DNA of 64,000 bases from a virus. Lineage: Duplodnaviria > Caudoviricetes. Shown here one piece after another: positions 46,385 through 55,646 of this stretch. Each line of letters starts with the position of its first letter. Position 1 is the first letter of the stretch. The stretch lies in the IMG/VR virus record IMGVR_UViG_3300029798_000001; one strand, 5' to 3'. A program made the translations under genes and the position numbers. The notes beneath the pieces are model-generated. The model made no database searches. It saw nothing but the letters and a program-made list of their open reading frames with translations, and was not told the DNA's origin.

Positions 46385-46459
46385 GGGCCGTTAGCTTAAT
46401 GGTAAAGCGGAGAACTCATAATTCTAGGAGTGCTAGTTCAATTCTAGCACGGCCCACCA
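46385..46459 (+). tRNA. tRNA-Ile2/Met(CAT)
   Basis: CT-CAT-AA loop, ACCA. Confidence 0.85.
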
Positions 46460-46468
46460 AGTAGTAAT

Positions 46469-46553
46469 GCGACTGTGATGAAATTGGTATACATAGAAGA
46501 TTTAAAATCTTCCGGCGCAAGCCATGGCGGTTCAAGTCCGCCCAGTCGTACCA
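46469..46553 (+). tRNA. tRNA-Leu(TAA)
   Basis: TT-TAA-AA loop, variable arm. Confidence 0.92.
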
Positions 46554-46554
46554 T

Positions 46555-46628
46555 GCGGGGTTCGTATAGTGGTAATACCCTAGCCTTCCAAGCTAGAGCT
46601 GAGGGTTCGATTCCCTTACCCCGCTCCA
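46555..46628 (+). tRNA. tRNA-Gly(TCC)
   Basis: CT-TCC-AA loop. Confidence 0.92.
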
Positions 46629-46638
46629 TTTTAAATTT

Positions 46639-46713
46639 GGGGGATTAGTGCTAATGGGAACACATCTGGTTTGCAACCAGAAATTGAGAGTTCGATTCTC
46701 TCATCCTCCACCA
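46639..46713 (+). tRNA. tRNA-Ala(TGC)
   Basis: TT-TGC-AA loop, G3:U70. Confidence 0.92.
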
Positions 46714-46719
46714 AACAAT

Positions 46720-46794
46720 CTCAGTGTCGGCAAGTGGCATGTCACTCGCTTTGGGAGCGAGATTTCGAGTGTTCGATTCACTCCACTGAGACCA
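46720..46794 (+). tRNA. tRNA-Pro(TGG)
   Basis: TT-TGG-GA loop. Confidence 0.9.
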
Positions 46795-46800
46795 AACAAT

Positions 46801-46874
46801 TGAGATATAGTGTAACGGCAGCACCACTCCCTTTGACGGAGTTAGTCTAGGTTCGAGTCCTAGTACCTCTACCA
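46801..46874 (+). tRNA. tRNA-Gln(TTG)
   Basis: CT-TTG-AC loop. Confidence 0.88.
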
Positions 46875-46877
46875 AAT

Positions 46878-46952
46878 GCCTCGTTAAGTAAACGGTTATA
46901 CTGCCCTCCTTACAAGTGGGTCTTGGTGGTTCGATTCCATCACGAGGTACCA
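46878..46952 (+). tRNA. tRNA-Val(TAC)
   Basis: CT-TAC-AA loop. Confidence 0.88.
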
Positions 46953-46987
46953 AGCAACTTTAGCAAGGATGATTACGAAAAGATTTT

Positions 46988-47066
46988 GCGAGGTGAGCTA
47001 GTCTGGTGATTTCAGCGTATGCCTGAAGAGCATAAGAACTAGGTTCGATTCCTAGACCTCGCACCA
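46988..47066 (+). tRNA. tRNA-Phe(GAA)
   Basis: CT-GAA-GA loop. Confidence 0.9.
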
Positions 47067-47150
47067 AGTTTTAGAGTTTTGTCGCAAGACCTGTCCAGAC
47101 CCTTGACGCACTGTAACCATTCAGACCCGTAGGGAAAGACTCTAAATTAT

Positions 47151-47240
47151 GCCCGAGTGGACGAATTGGTAGAGTCACTTCTCTCAAAAGGAAGAAGGCA
47201 AAACGCTTAGTTGAGGGTTCGAATCCCTCCTTGGGTACCA
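47151..47240 (+). tRNA. tRNA-Leu(CAA)
   Basis: CT-CAA-AA loop, variable arm. Confidence 0.92.
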
Positions 47241-47241
47241 C

Positions 47242-47315
47242 GCTCTTATAGGTAAGTGGCATACCATATCCTTGGTAAGGATAAATCACAAGTTCGATTC
47301 TTGTTAAGAGCACCA
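47242..47315 (+). tRNA. tRNA-Thr(GGT)
   Basis: TT-GGT-AA loop. Confidence 0.9.
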
Positions 47316-47342
47316 CTCAATGGGGTCATTAGTGACAATAGG

Positions 47343-47418
47343 GGTAACCATAGTGTAAAATTGGCACCCAACTCTGTGAAAGTTGTAGTCTGAGTGAGAC
47401 TTCTCAGTGGTTACCCCT
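47343..47418 (+). tRNA. tRNA-His(GTG), no encoded CCA, nested in an extended stem
   Basis: G-1:C73 pair, CT-GTG-AA loop, atypical T loop TGAGACT; outer TGACAATAGG/CCTATTGTCA stem. Confidence 0.7.
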
Positions 47419-47455
47419 ATTGTCATACTCACTAAAGATTTTTAAAGGAGTTGTT

Positions 47456-47692
47456 ATGGATTATACACCACGGATTGCTAAAGCAGATTTAGTGCATGGT
47501 GCATATTATCAAGGTCGTTGCCGTAATGCAACTATCGCTCGCTGGAATGCCGACGATGAACAATTTTATCATTGGCGTTATAAGTTTGGTTGGTTTGTAG
47601 ATACAATCTGTCACCCAGAGGACGAGCAAGACTTTGATGTGTTTGTAGTAGAGGCTCCTTGTGAGCCAGAAAAAGAAATACCATTCGATTAA
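47456..47692 (+). CDS. Hypothetical protein
   Basis: AAGGAG RBS, ATG 47456. Confidence 0.6.
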   Translation: MDYTPRIAKADLVHGAYYQGRCRNATIARWNADDEQFYHWRYKFGWFVDTICHPEDEQDFDVFVVEAPCEPEKEIPFD

Positions 47693-47703
47693 GGAGAAGT
47701 GAA

Positions 47704-47886
47704 ATGAAACCAAGAAATCCCTTTGCCATAGTGGTAAAGAAAAGGAAGGCGGGCTCGCACCGCAAGAGCACCAAAGCTCTAAGAAAGCAGGCTAAACAAT
47801 CGGGGTATGGTGAAATGGTATCACATGGCACTTTTAATGCTTCGTTCAGAGTTCAACTCTCTGTGCCCCGACCAAGTTTATATTAA
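47704..47886 (+). CDS. Short basic ORF (ArfA-like composition) running in frame through tRNA-Lys
   Basis: AAGGAG RBS; MKPRNPFAIVVKKRKAGSHRKSTKALRKQAKQ; no stop before the tRNA 5' end at 47801. Confidence 0.5.
   Translation: MKPRNPFAIVVKKRKAGSHRKSTKALRKQAKQSGYGEMVSHGTFNASFRVQLSVPRPSLY
47801..47874 (+). tRNA. tRNA-Lys(TTT)
   Basis: CT-TTT-AA loop, ACCA. Confidence 0.85.
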
Positions 47887-47916
47887 AGCATACTGTTCAG
47901 TGTATTTTAATATAAA

Positions 47917-47991
47917 CTGCCGATAGTTCAACGGATAGAACATAGAGCTTCTACCTCTAGAATGTGGGTTCGATTCCTGCTCGGCAGACCA
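47917..47991 (+). tRNA. tRNA-Arg(TCT)
   Basis: CT-TCT-AC loop. Confidence 0.92.
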
Positions 47992-47992
47992 C

Positions 47993-48069
47993 GGAAATGT
48001 AGCATAGTGGCTTAATGCAGTTGCTTCATACGCAACCTATCGTAGGTTCGAATCCTACCATTTCCACCA
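47993..48069 (+). tRNA. tRNA-Met(CAT), elongator type
   Basis: TT-CAT-AC loop. Confidence 0.85.
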
Positions 48070-48131
48070 GATTGACAAGTTTTACCAATTGTAGTATAAT
48101 GTATTATTAACCATAAAGAAAGGAGGCTAAT

Positions 48132-48701
48132 ATGCCATCAGTATGGTTATATTCAGATCCGCACTTTTCCCATCAAGGGGTGTGTAGGTTCCTGCGAGCA
48201 GATGGAGTGACCAAACTCCGTCCTTGGGACACCGCAGAAGAGATGGACGAAGAACTTGTTCGTAAATTTAACGAAACAGTTGGTCCTAACGACAAAGTGT
48301 ATATGCTGGGAGATATTGCGTTTAAGCGTAGTCATATCCGCATCTTAGAGCGTCTAAACTGTAAGGACCTGGTCCTTATCAAAGGTAATCACGATGTAGA
48401 AGACCTTAAACTCTACTCGCAATACTTCCGCGATATCCGTGCTTATCATATTATGGATAACTACTTGTTATCACATATTCCCATCCACCCAGAAAGTTTG
48501 AGTAGATGGAAAGGTAACTGGCACGGTCACACACACGCCAACAGCGTTATGCGGGATCTCGCCACTGCCGGTCGTCCCAATGTTGTCGATCCAAGGTATA
48601 TGTGCTTGTGCGTTGAGCAAACTGACTTCCGCCCAATCTTGTTTGAACGGGCACGAGATCGGTTTAATGAACAGATGGAACTAAGCCGGCAGCCTTTGTA
48701 G
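48132..48701 (+). CDS. Calcineurin-like metallophosphoesterase
   Basis: SDPHF.H, LGDI, GNHD, SH.P, HGH.H. Confidence 0.9.
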   Translation: MPSVWLYSDPHFSHQGVCRFLRADGVTKLRPWDTAEEMDEELVRKFNETVGPNDKVYMLGDIAFKRSHIRILERLNCKDLVLIKGNHDVEDLKLYSQYFRDIRAYHIMDNYLLSHIPIHPESLSRWKGNWHGHTHANSVMRDLATAGRPNVVDPRYMCLCVEQTDFRPILFERARDRFNEQMELSRQPL

Positions 48702-48835
48702 TGCGTCCGCGGCTCCACTCAGGACCCGGACTGTCTTTAGACATTTTAATTGTAGTTCCGTAATGGTAATGGCCCTGCAATGTAGTTGACAAGCATAGTA
48801 GGATTATGTTATAATGTAATTTTACAGGAGAAGTT

Positions 48836-49063
48836 ATGAAACCAAGAATCGCAAGTCGTGGTCCAGAAATTGACATGGAAAAATGTGTACAGCAAGCCGG
48901 TGGCGGACGCTATGATATGGTTCTAATTGGCGCACAACGCCTACGTGAACTCAAACGTATCCATCGTGAAGATACTAGCCGTTATGTAACCTGCGTAGAT
49001 GCACTACATGAGATTCAAGCAGGACAGGTTAATTTAGTTGACTATTTGGCTAAAGTAAAATGA
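48836..49063 (+). CDS. rpoZ: RNA polymerase omega subunit-like protein
   Basis: GGRYDMVLIGAQR.REL ... AL.EI.AG. Confidence 0.75.
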   Translation: MKPRIASRGPEIDMEKCVQQAGGGRYDMVLIGAQRLRELKRIHREDTSRYVTCVDALHEIQAGQVNLVDYLAKVK

Positions 49064-49403
49064 CACGCAAAGATACACTTGATCGAGCGTATGGACAGGT
49101 TCCTAAAGAGATTCCAGATCCGTTTAGTTGGACTGATGAATTTTTGCCTCGCTCTTTAAAGTATTTTTGGTTAAAATGGATTGTAAGAAAATTTTTTAGA
49201 TAGGAATTAAAATGTCAAAACCAAAACAAACAGCAAGCGATAGAGATCGTACATTATCCGGACAATGGTCAAAGACCGAAAAACGGGCCCACATTAGTCG
49301 TCAGATGATGGCGAGTAAGCTGCGCACCCATGCCGCTATCAAGGCATTCAAGCAAGGGTTATTTCTAAATAAGTAACTTAGTTAAAAGATATGAAGTTAA
49401 TAT

Positions 49404-49495
49404 AGTGAGTTGGATGAGTGGCTTAAATCGGCACCCTGCTAAGGTGTTGTATATAGAAATATGTACCGTGGGTTCAAATCCCACACTCACTGCCA
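49404..49495 (+). tRNA. tRNA-Ser(GCT), second copy
   Basis: CT-GCT-AA loop, long variable arm, GCCA. Confidence 0.9.
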
Positions 49496-49564
49496 GTATT
49501 TAGGAGAGCTACACCCTCCGCCAAGTAATATTGAGTAATAAATAAATTTTTAGATGGTGGTCCG

Positions 49565-50323
49565 ATGAATATAGGATTTTTTGGCGACAGTTATGTCGAC
49601 ATGATATGGCACAGATTTACCAATGTTAGGCCACTAGTACCACCGGATCAAATATCATGGTGTGAGCGGTTACTTAAAGATTTTAATGCTCCATTTATAT
49701 GTTCAGGTCTGGGCGGCAGCAGTCAATATCATGCCATTGCAGAATGGCAACATTTTTCTCAAAAATACAAGTTCGATGTGGCTATTTTTACTTTTACCTG
49801 GGATCATCGACTTTACGCCGCCACTAAACAAACTGAACGAATTTTAACCGCTAACATAGAACAAAGAGATATAGAATTAGCCACCCAATTGGACGAAGAA
49901 ATTCAAGTGGCATTGAATCACTATTATTCCAAGTTAGCCAGCAGAGAATCTAATAAATTTTGTTATGCGCTAATGGTCAAATGGATATTGGAGTTGCCAG
50001 AGCAGTACCCTGATACCAAATTTATTTTTTTACCCAATACTGTAGATTCTCAAAATATGTCAAAAAAATATTTTGACCAAGGAGTATTGGTTGATTTTGC
50101 ATTTGAAGTACTAACCGAAGCCGAAGGTGAACGAGTTGGTGTGCGGCCATTTATTCCGAATCGTGTTGGACATTTGAGCGGGAACACTCACGAAAAAGTC
50201 AACACTATGATCAAAGATATCATAGTAAATTATGATTCTTATAAAAATAAAATTTTTCTCGTAAACTATGATCGTTTTGAACTAAAAACAATCTATACAA
50301 ATTTTTACCCCGACCAACAATAA
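49565..50323 (+). CDS. SGNH-like hypothetical protein
   Basis: FFGDSY, GLGGSS, GHL. Confidence 0.5.
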   Translation: MNIGFFGDSYVDMIWHRFTNVRPLVPPDQISWCERLLKDFNAPFICSGLGGSSQYHAIAEWQHFSQKYKFDVAIFTFTWDHRLYAATKQTERILTANIEQRDIELATQLDEEIQVALNHYYSKLASRESNKFCYALMVKWILELPEQYPDTKFIFLPNTVDSQNMSKKYFDQGVLVDFAFEVLTEAEGERVGVRPFIPNRVGHLSGNTHEKVNTMIKDIIVNYDSYKNKIFLVNYDRFELKTIYTNFYPDQQ

Positions 50324-50353
50324 AAATAAGTACTAGTCAACATAAGGAATATC

Positions 50354-50563
50354 ATGGCAAGCAATAAAACAGGTCAAAAGAGTCGTAAAGCAGATCCAAT
50401 GCGTACCAAGAATGGCAAAGAACGTTTGGGTCCATTGAATCTAGCACAGTTGGAAAAGTTGTTGACTAACGCTCGTAAAAAGACTGCACCAAAAATTGCC
50501 CGCAGGATTGCAGTAATCAAAGGCCGCCCAGGTTTCGTCGAAAAAGAAGTTGTAGCAGAGTAA
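50354..50563 (+). CDS. Small basic hypothetical protein
   Basis: AAGGA RBS; ORF track. Confidence 0.55.
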   Translation: MASNKTGQKSRKADPMRTKNGKERLGPLNLAQLEKLLTNARKKTAPKIARRIAVIKGRPGFVEKEVVAE

Positions 50564-50585
50564 TATGGTGGAGTCGGTAGTAACT

Positions 50586-50671
50586 ATGCCCTGGTCACAT
50601 AGTGGGATTGTAGCTGATTTGTAATCAGCCCGGAAACGAGAGGGTGTTCGATTCACCCCCAGGGCATGCCA
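50586..50671 (+). tRNA. Atypical tRNA-Thr(TGT) with a long variable arm and extended acceptor stem
   Basis: ATGCCCTGG/CCAGGGCAT 9 bp; TT-TGT-AA loop; 12-nt variable region; GCCA. Confidence 0.7.
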
Positions 50672-50679
50672 AACAATTT

Positions 50680-50961
50680 ATGACAAAGAAAAAAGTAGAA
50701 AAGCAAGAGGTACCAACCTGGGGCAAGACCCTAACTCGAGAAGAGTTATTAGCATTACTAGCAAGATTAGATGCAAAGAAAAAGGAACGCGAAATGAGTA
50801 AACTCTCTGATACAATAGCTCGAGCATTAGCAAAGAAACAAGGCAAGACCCATGTAGATCCGGATGCTCTGCCTACAGTAGAAGTAAAGCAGGTCAAAGC
50901 TAAACCTTCGGCCGGCCCGGCTAAAAAACCGCCAACAAGAAGTGCTGGGCGTGGTCGATAA
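50680..50961 (+). CDS. Basic hypothetical protein
   Basis: Start moved to ATG 50680, outside the tRNA. Confidence 0.45.
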   Translation: MTKKKVEKQEVPTWGKTLTREELLALLARLDAKKKEREMSKLSDTIARALAKKQGKTHVDPDALPTVEVKQVKAKPSAGPAKKPPTRSAGRGR

Positions 50962-50963
50962 TT

Positions 50964-51950
50964 ATGTTAAAAAATGATGTATTTCTCCTGTATCCTCCAG
51001 GATATTCAGGAAATTATCTACAATGGATCATAAATGTCAGCGAGAGAGATTCAGCTGCCCGCACTGTACAAGATCCACTATTACCTGACGGAACTACTCA
51101 CGGATTTGTAAGGCGTCCAACACATCTTGGGCTGATGCGACTGCTACAGTGGATGTTAAAAAATAATCCAGAAAAACCACAAACCTATATAGTTAATGCT
51201 TTTCAACACCCAACTTCGTGGCACATGCATTCGGCCTACGGTGCTTTTTTTATGTTACATGCTAGGCCTAATTGTGCGGTGGTGAACATCTATGCCGACA
51301 CCGATGACGAAATCAAACACGGTGCATTAAATACCTATACCAAGTGGCCTACTTTTTTTGATTCCACTGTATATTTTGGAGACTACGGTTTTGACCTTTG
51401 GGGATCTGATAAGCCAGCTACTATAAAAGATCGAAACCATCTCTACGATTCATGGAAAAAAGATTTTCCTATAAATCCCAATAGTAACTTTTGGGAGGAG
51501 TTTGACTACAATACTGAAGCAAATAGGTTGTGGTACGAAAGTCGCAACAAATTACAACCGTGGGAAATTAATGAAACAGAATATACCACATGTGACTCAA
51601 TCGCTAAAGAAAGAATTTTAAATATCAGACTGACAGATATACTAAAAGATAGATTTTTAGAGGATATTTTTGTGCCTTGGGTAGACTCTCAACATATTGG
51701 TGAGTTTGATTGGACCCATGCCTTGTCCTATCACTTGACATATGTTGCAGCTCAAAAAAATATCATTTGGTTTGAGGCCATAAAACAGTTTAGACAATTA
51801 CAGATCGTTGATAAGTTTTTACTGAGTAATTCGTTGGTACAGGCATTTGTCCTAGAAGAGTTGGGCGATCGATTACAAGCACTACCAGATTGGCGAGATC
51901 AATCTATAGAGGAGATACTACAGCAGTTTAACTATCAAATTAAAATTTAA
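50964..51950 (+). CDS. Hypothetical protein
   Basis: 328-aa ORF; YPPGYSGNYL N-terminal motif. Confidence 0.6.
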   Translation: MLKNDVFLLYPPGYSGNYLQWIINVSERDSAARTVQDPLLPDGTTHGFVRRPTHLGLMRLLQWMLKNNPEKPQTYIVNAFQHPTSWHMHSAYGAFFMLHARPNCAVVNIYADTDDEIKHGALNTYTKWPTFFDSTVYFGDYGFDLWGSDKPATIKDRNHLYDSWKKDFPINPNSNFWEEFDYNTEANRLWYESRNKLQPWEINETEYTTCDSIAKERILNIRLTDILKDRFLEDIFVPWVDSQHIGEFDWTHALSYHLTYVAAQKNIIWFEAIKQFRQLQIVDKFLLSNSLVQAFVLEELGDRLQALPDWRDQSIEEILQQFNYQIKI

Positions 51951-52105
51951 ATGAAAGTTTCACTAAATAAAAAAGCAACGCCGGGTTCTTCCGACGTCGG
52001 ATCAAATAGACGCTAGACATTGAGATGTTTTTACTGTAGAATATACTACAGAACGCCAACCGTAAGTAGAGTTCTTCTGCTAGCAAAATCCAAACGAAAA
52101 TAAAA

Positions 52106-53029
52106 ATGAAAAATCTAATTCTGTCTATTATTTTTGGCATATTTGCCAGCGTAGCATTTGCTAACTCAAAACAAGAAATTACTATTATAGTTCCATATCC
52201 ACCAGGTAGTACTAACGATCGTTGGGCCAGGCCGTTAGCATTGGACCTTGAAAAACGCCTGGACTTTGTTGTTACAGTAAAAAATATGCCGGGTGCAGCC
52301 AACATGGTAGCAATCAACCAAGTACTCAACAACACTGATAAAGGATACTCGTTTATATTAACAATTAACGACTTTATCACAGGACCATTATTTCAAGATA
52401 ATAACTCCTATGCACAATTTCAAGCAGTGAATATCATGGGCACCTTACCATTTGTAGTGTTTGGAGATAAGAATTCGTTTCAGGATAAGTTCAAATTACA
52501 AATTCAAAATCACGACACCGTAAATATTGGCAATAACGGAATGAACGGCAGTGCAGAATTATGGATTTCAAGTTTAAAATCTTTGTTAAATATCAATCCT
52601 ATTCCGTACAAGGGCGGAAATCCATTGATTTCTGATGTCAGAGGAAATCAGATCGAATACGGAGTTATGTCTATTGCTGGAATATATAGTTTTGTCAAGG
52701 ATGGCAGTTTAAATCCCATTATGATATCAAGTGATCGTCGATCTCCAGCCATGCCTGCGGTACCTACCTATCGAGAGCTTGGATTCAAAGGTTCCGGTGC
52801 AACCTCGTGGACTGGAATATTTGCCCGTCGTGATATGCCCAAAGATATGGTTAAAGCTGTAAGTATGGCTGTACAAGAGTCGGTTATGACAGATCCCTTG
52901 CTACAAGATTTTAAAAATCAAGGTGTACATTTAATTAATTTGGATTATATCGAGGCCGAGAAATTTTTTCAAAACGAAATAAGTTATTACAAAAAGATCA
53001 GAGAAAATAATAAAAATGACAAACTATGA
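52106..53029 (+). CDS. Bug/TctC tripartite tricarboxylate transporter substrate-binding protein
   Basis: Signal peptide; IIVPYPPGSTND..AR, V.NMPGA, IPYKGG, PAVPT..E.G, WTGIFA...MP. Confidence 0.85.
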   Translation: MKNLILSIIFGIFASVAFANSKQEITIIVPYPPGSTNDRWARPLALDLEKRLDFVVTVKNMPGAANMVAINQVLNNTDKGYSFILTINDFITGPLFQDNNSYAQFQAVNIMGTLPFVVFGDKNSFQDKFKLQIQNHDTVNIGNNGMNGSAELWISSLKSLLNINPIPYKGGNPLISDVRGNQIEYGVMSIAGIYSFVKDGSLNPIMISSDRRSPAMPAVPTYRELGFKGSGATSWTGIFARRDMPKDMVKAVSMAVQESVMTDPLLQDFKNQGVHLINLDYIEAEKFFQNEISYYKKIRENNKNDKL

Positions 53030-54149
53030 TGATTCCCCGTACGGACACTGGGTCGTGGCTGGCAAAAAATATTATAATAAATTACAAGCAGTGACAGATG
53101 CAGTACCGCATGGGTGGTGGCCACATTTTTGGTTTCACGAAGATAAATTTTCTTTGTGCAATTGGACTGTAGAACCAGTTGAGTCGCTAGACAATCTTTA
53201 CCTGCGGCGAGCTAGAGCTCTGCGTAAAAAATATAATCACATCAGTATATACTTTAGTGGTGGCGGGGACAGTAGTACAGCACTATACAGTTTTCTAAAG
53301 CAAGGTCTTCACGTAGATTTGGTGTTACACAATTTTGTAGATTTAGTAGATTTTGGTGTAGAAGATAAAGATGCTAGTAATATCCACATCGAGGCAAAAC
53401 ACCAAGCCTGGCCCTGGTTTAAGAAATTTCAGGAACTAGATCCAACAATGAAATGGCAACTAAACTACACCGCAGATATAATCCGAGATGGGTGGTCATC
53501 GGGGCCAGTAGATCCATATTTTTATAATGTGTTCAATGTTAATCTCATGAACAAAATCCCGGGACAAGGTTGGGACATACTGAAAAATGTTCCATCCGAC
53601 AATGCAGCAGTTGTATTCGGTCTTGACAAACCCAATTTATTTTTTGAGAACAATAAGTTTTATCTATATTTTCCAGAATCTCGTATCACACATTTTGCAC
53701 TCATGGAACGAAAATTACTAGGATTACCGTATACCGATGTGCCTTTCTATTGGGATACAGAATGCAGTGATTTGATAATCAAACAGGCACATACTATAAT
53801 GAATTGGTTTAAACAAAATCCAAGGATGTTGCCATTAATCAGTAATCGTCATTATCGTAGCGATATATATAATCAAATTGTAAAGCGTCTTATATATCCA
53901 GATTACCAGGAAGACTGGCAAACAGAAAACCCACAAGGATTGTACTACATGAATACCGAAAAATGGTTTCACGAAGGAACTGATCATACACAATATAAAA
54001 AAAATTGGAACAAATCCATGCAGGTGTTAAGTGACTCTATCAACGACTTACTAATAGGTACCGAATTTGAATCATTCGTACAGAAAGAAGACGGTTATTC
54101 TATTATAGCTAGTGGATGGAGCAAGCTGTACTATATAGGATCTTTGTAG
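53016..54149 (+). CDS. PP-loop (adenine nucleotide alpha-hydrolase) superfamily protein
   Basis: YFSGGGDS motif; GLDKP. Confidence 0.6.
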   Translation: MTNYDDSPYGHWVVAGKKYYNKLQAVTDAVPHGWWPHFWFHEDKFSLCNWTVEPVESLDNLYLRRARALRKKYNHISIYFSGGGDSSTALYSFLKQGLHVDLVLHNFVDLVDFGVEDKDASNIHIEAKHQAWPWFKKFQELDPTMKWQLNYTADIIRDGWSSGPVDPYFYNVFNVNLMNKIPGQGWDILKNVPSDNAAVVFGLDKPNLFFENNKFYLYFPESRITHFALMERKLLGLPYTDVPFYWDTECSDLIIKQAHTIMNWFKQNPRMLPLISNRHYRSDIYNQIVKRLIYPDYQEDWQTENPQGLYYMNTEKWFHEGTDHTQYKKNWNKSMQVLSDSINDLLIGTEFESFVQKEDGYSIIASGWSKLYYIGSL

Positions 54150-54158
54150 ATTTTTAGG

Positions 54159-54451
54159 TTGACCATTAATGCCCTTTTTGCTATAATAGTTGTATAGTAA
54201 TTAAAAGGAGTTCAAGATGGCTTATACCGTTTTCCAACACAATCCTAACTTTGGCCCACGCAAGGGCTTAGAAGGGCCTTTTCATTACCCAAGCGGTGCT
54301 GTATTATACTATGATCCTAAAGCAGGTGAGTATTATGACCCACGCACAGATTGGTATGTGAGCAACGAAGATGTTGCCGTTTTACAACAACAGATCTTTG
54401 ATCGTTTGACACAGAATTCGTAATTTGCTATAATAGTCGTATAGTAATTAA
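54159..54451 (+). repeat. Duplicated early promoter flanking small ORF 54217-54423
   Basis: TTTGCTATAATAGT[T/C]GTATAGTAATTAA at 54177-54204 and 54424-54451; third partial copy at 57880-57898. Confidence 0.8.
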
Positions 54452-54490
54452 TTTCAACTTGTAGTAAGTAATTTATAGGACACAGCCCTT

Positions 54491-55576
54491 ATGTCAGAAA
54501 CAAGAACAGTCACTTCGGTGCAAGCTCGTAAGAGTTTGCTCAAAGCATTTAAAAAACAACGCCCACTATTCCTCTGGGGCCCTCCCGGTATTGGTAAGTC
54601 TGAGTTAGTAGCAGACATCACTGCTGAACTTGGTGGTGCTATGATTGACCTTCGTTTGGGTCAAATGGAGCCCACAGACATTCGTGGTATTCCTTTTTAT
54701 AACAAAGACAACGGCAAAATGGATTGGGCTCCCCCAATTGATTTGCCCACTGAAGAATTTGCTAGTCAGTATCCGATTGTAGTATTGTTCCTTGATGAAA
54801 TGAACTCTGCGGCCCCTTCAGTTCAGGCCGCTGGATACCAGTTAATTCTAAATCGACGTAGTGGCAAATACTTTTTGCCTAAGAATGTAGTAATGGTTGC
54901 CGCAGGTAATCGTGAGTCAGATAAAGGTGTTACATATCGCATGCCAACACCACTTGCGAATCGTTTCATTCATCAAGAGATGAAATGTGATTTTAGCTCA
55001 TGGCAGGAGTGGGCTGTAAACAAGAACATCCACAAGGACGTGGTAGGTTACTTGTCATTTGCCAAACAAGATTTGTACGACTTCGACGCTAAATCTGCTA
55101 GTCGTGCCTTTGCAACACCACGTTCGTGGACCTTTGTAAGCGAATTGCTCGAAGACGAAGATGGTGATGACGATACTATCATGAACTTGATTGCTGGTAC
55201 TGTAGGTGAAGGCCTTGCTGTTAAGTTTATGGCACACCGTAAGATTGCTGGTCGTATGCCCAAGCCCGAAGACATTTTGTCAGGCAAGGAAAAAGAGCTG
55301 AATGTTAAAGAAGTGTCGGCTATGTATAGCTTGGTGATTAGTATGTGCTATGAGCTCAAAGGTGCAATTGAGAAAAAGGTTGCGGATAAACAGTTTCATG
55401 AAATGGCCGATAATTTCTTTGCTTACATGATGAAGAACTTTGAAACTGAGTTAGTTGTGATGGGGGCAAGGATAGCCTTGACAACATATAATCTTCCATT
55501 CCAACCTACCAAGTTGAAAAACTTTGATGAGTTCCACCAACGCTATGGAAAATATATTCTCCAAGCATCTGCCTAA
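54491..55576 (+). CDS. MoxR-like AAA+ ATPase
   Basis: GPPGIGKS, LFLDEMN, AAGNR, PLANRF, TPRSW. Confidence 0.9.
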   Translation: MSETRTVTSVQARKSLLKAFKKQRPLFLWGPPGIGKSELVADITAELGGAMIDLRLGQMEPTDIRGIPFYNKDNGKMDWAPPIDLPTEEFASQYPIVVLFLDEMNSAAPSVQAAGYQLILNRRSGKYFLPKNVVMVAAGNRESDKGVTYRMPTPLANRFIHQEMKCDFSSWQEWAVNKNIHKDVVGYLSFAKQDLYDFDAKSASRAFATPRSWTFVSELLEDEDGDDDTIMNLIAGTVGEGLAVKFMAHRKIAGRMPKPEDILSGKEKELNVKEVSAMYSLVISMCYELKGAIEKKVADKQFHEMADNFFAYMMKNFETELVVMGARIALTTYNLPFQPTKLKNFDEFHQRYGKYILQASA

Positions 55577-55646
55577 ACAACTCGGGCATTTACGGGCTGT
55601 GGGTGCCCAACAGTTGGCAAAAGGATCGTAGGATCCTTTTGTTTTG

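Noticed and set aside
42869-47316. ORFs at 42869, 42960, 44391, 46444, 46651 and 47071
   Set aside because: They overlap tRNA or ncRNA genes and are by-products of GC-rich structured RNA.
54491-55576. MoxR ATPase without an adjacent vWA partner as a novel arrangement
   Set aside because: The partner may lie elsewhere in the genome; absence from a 64-kb window is uninformative.
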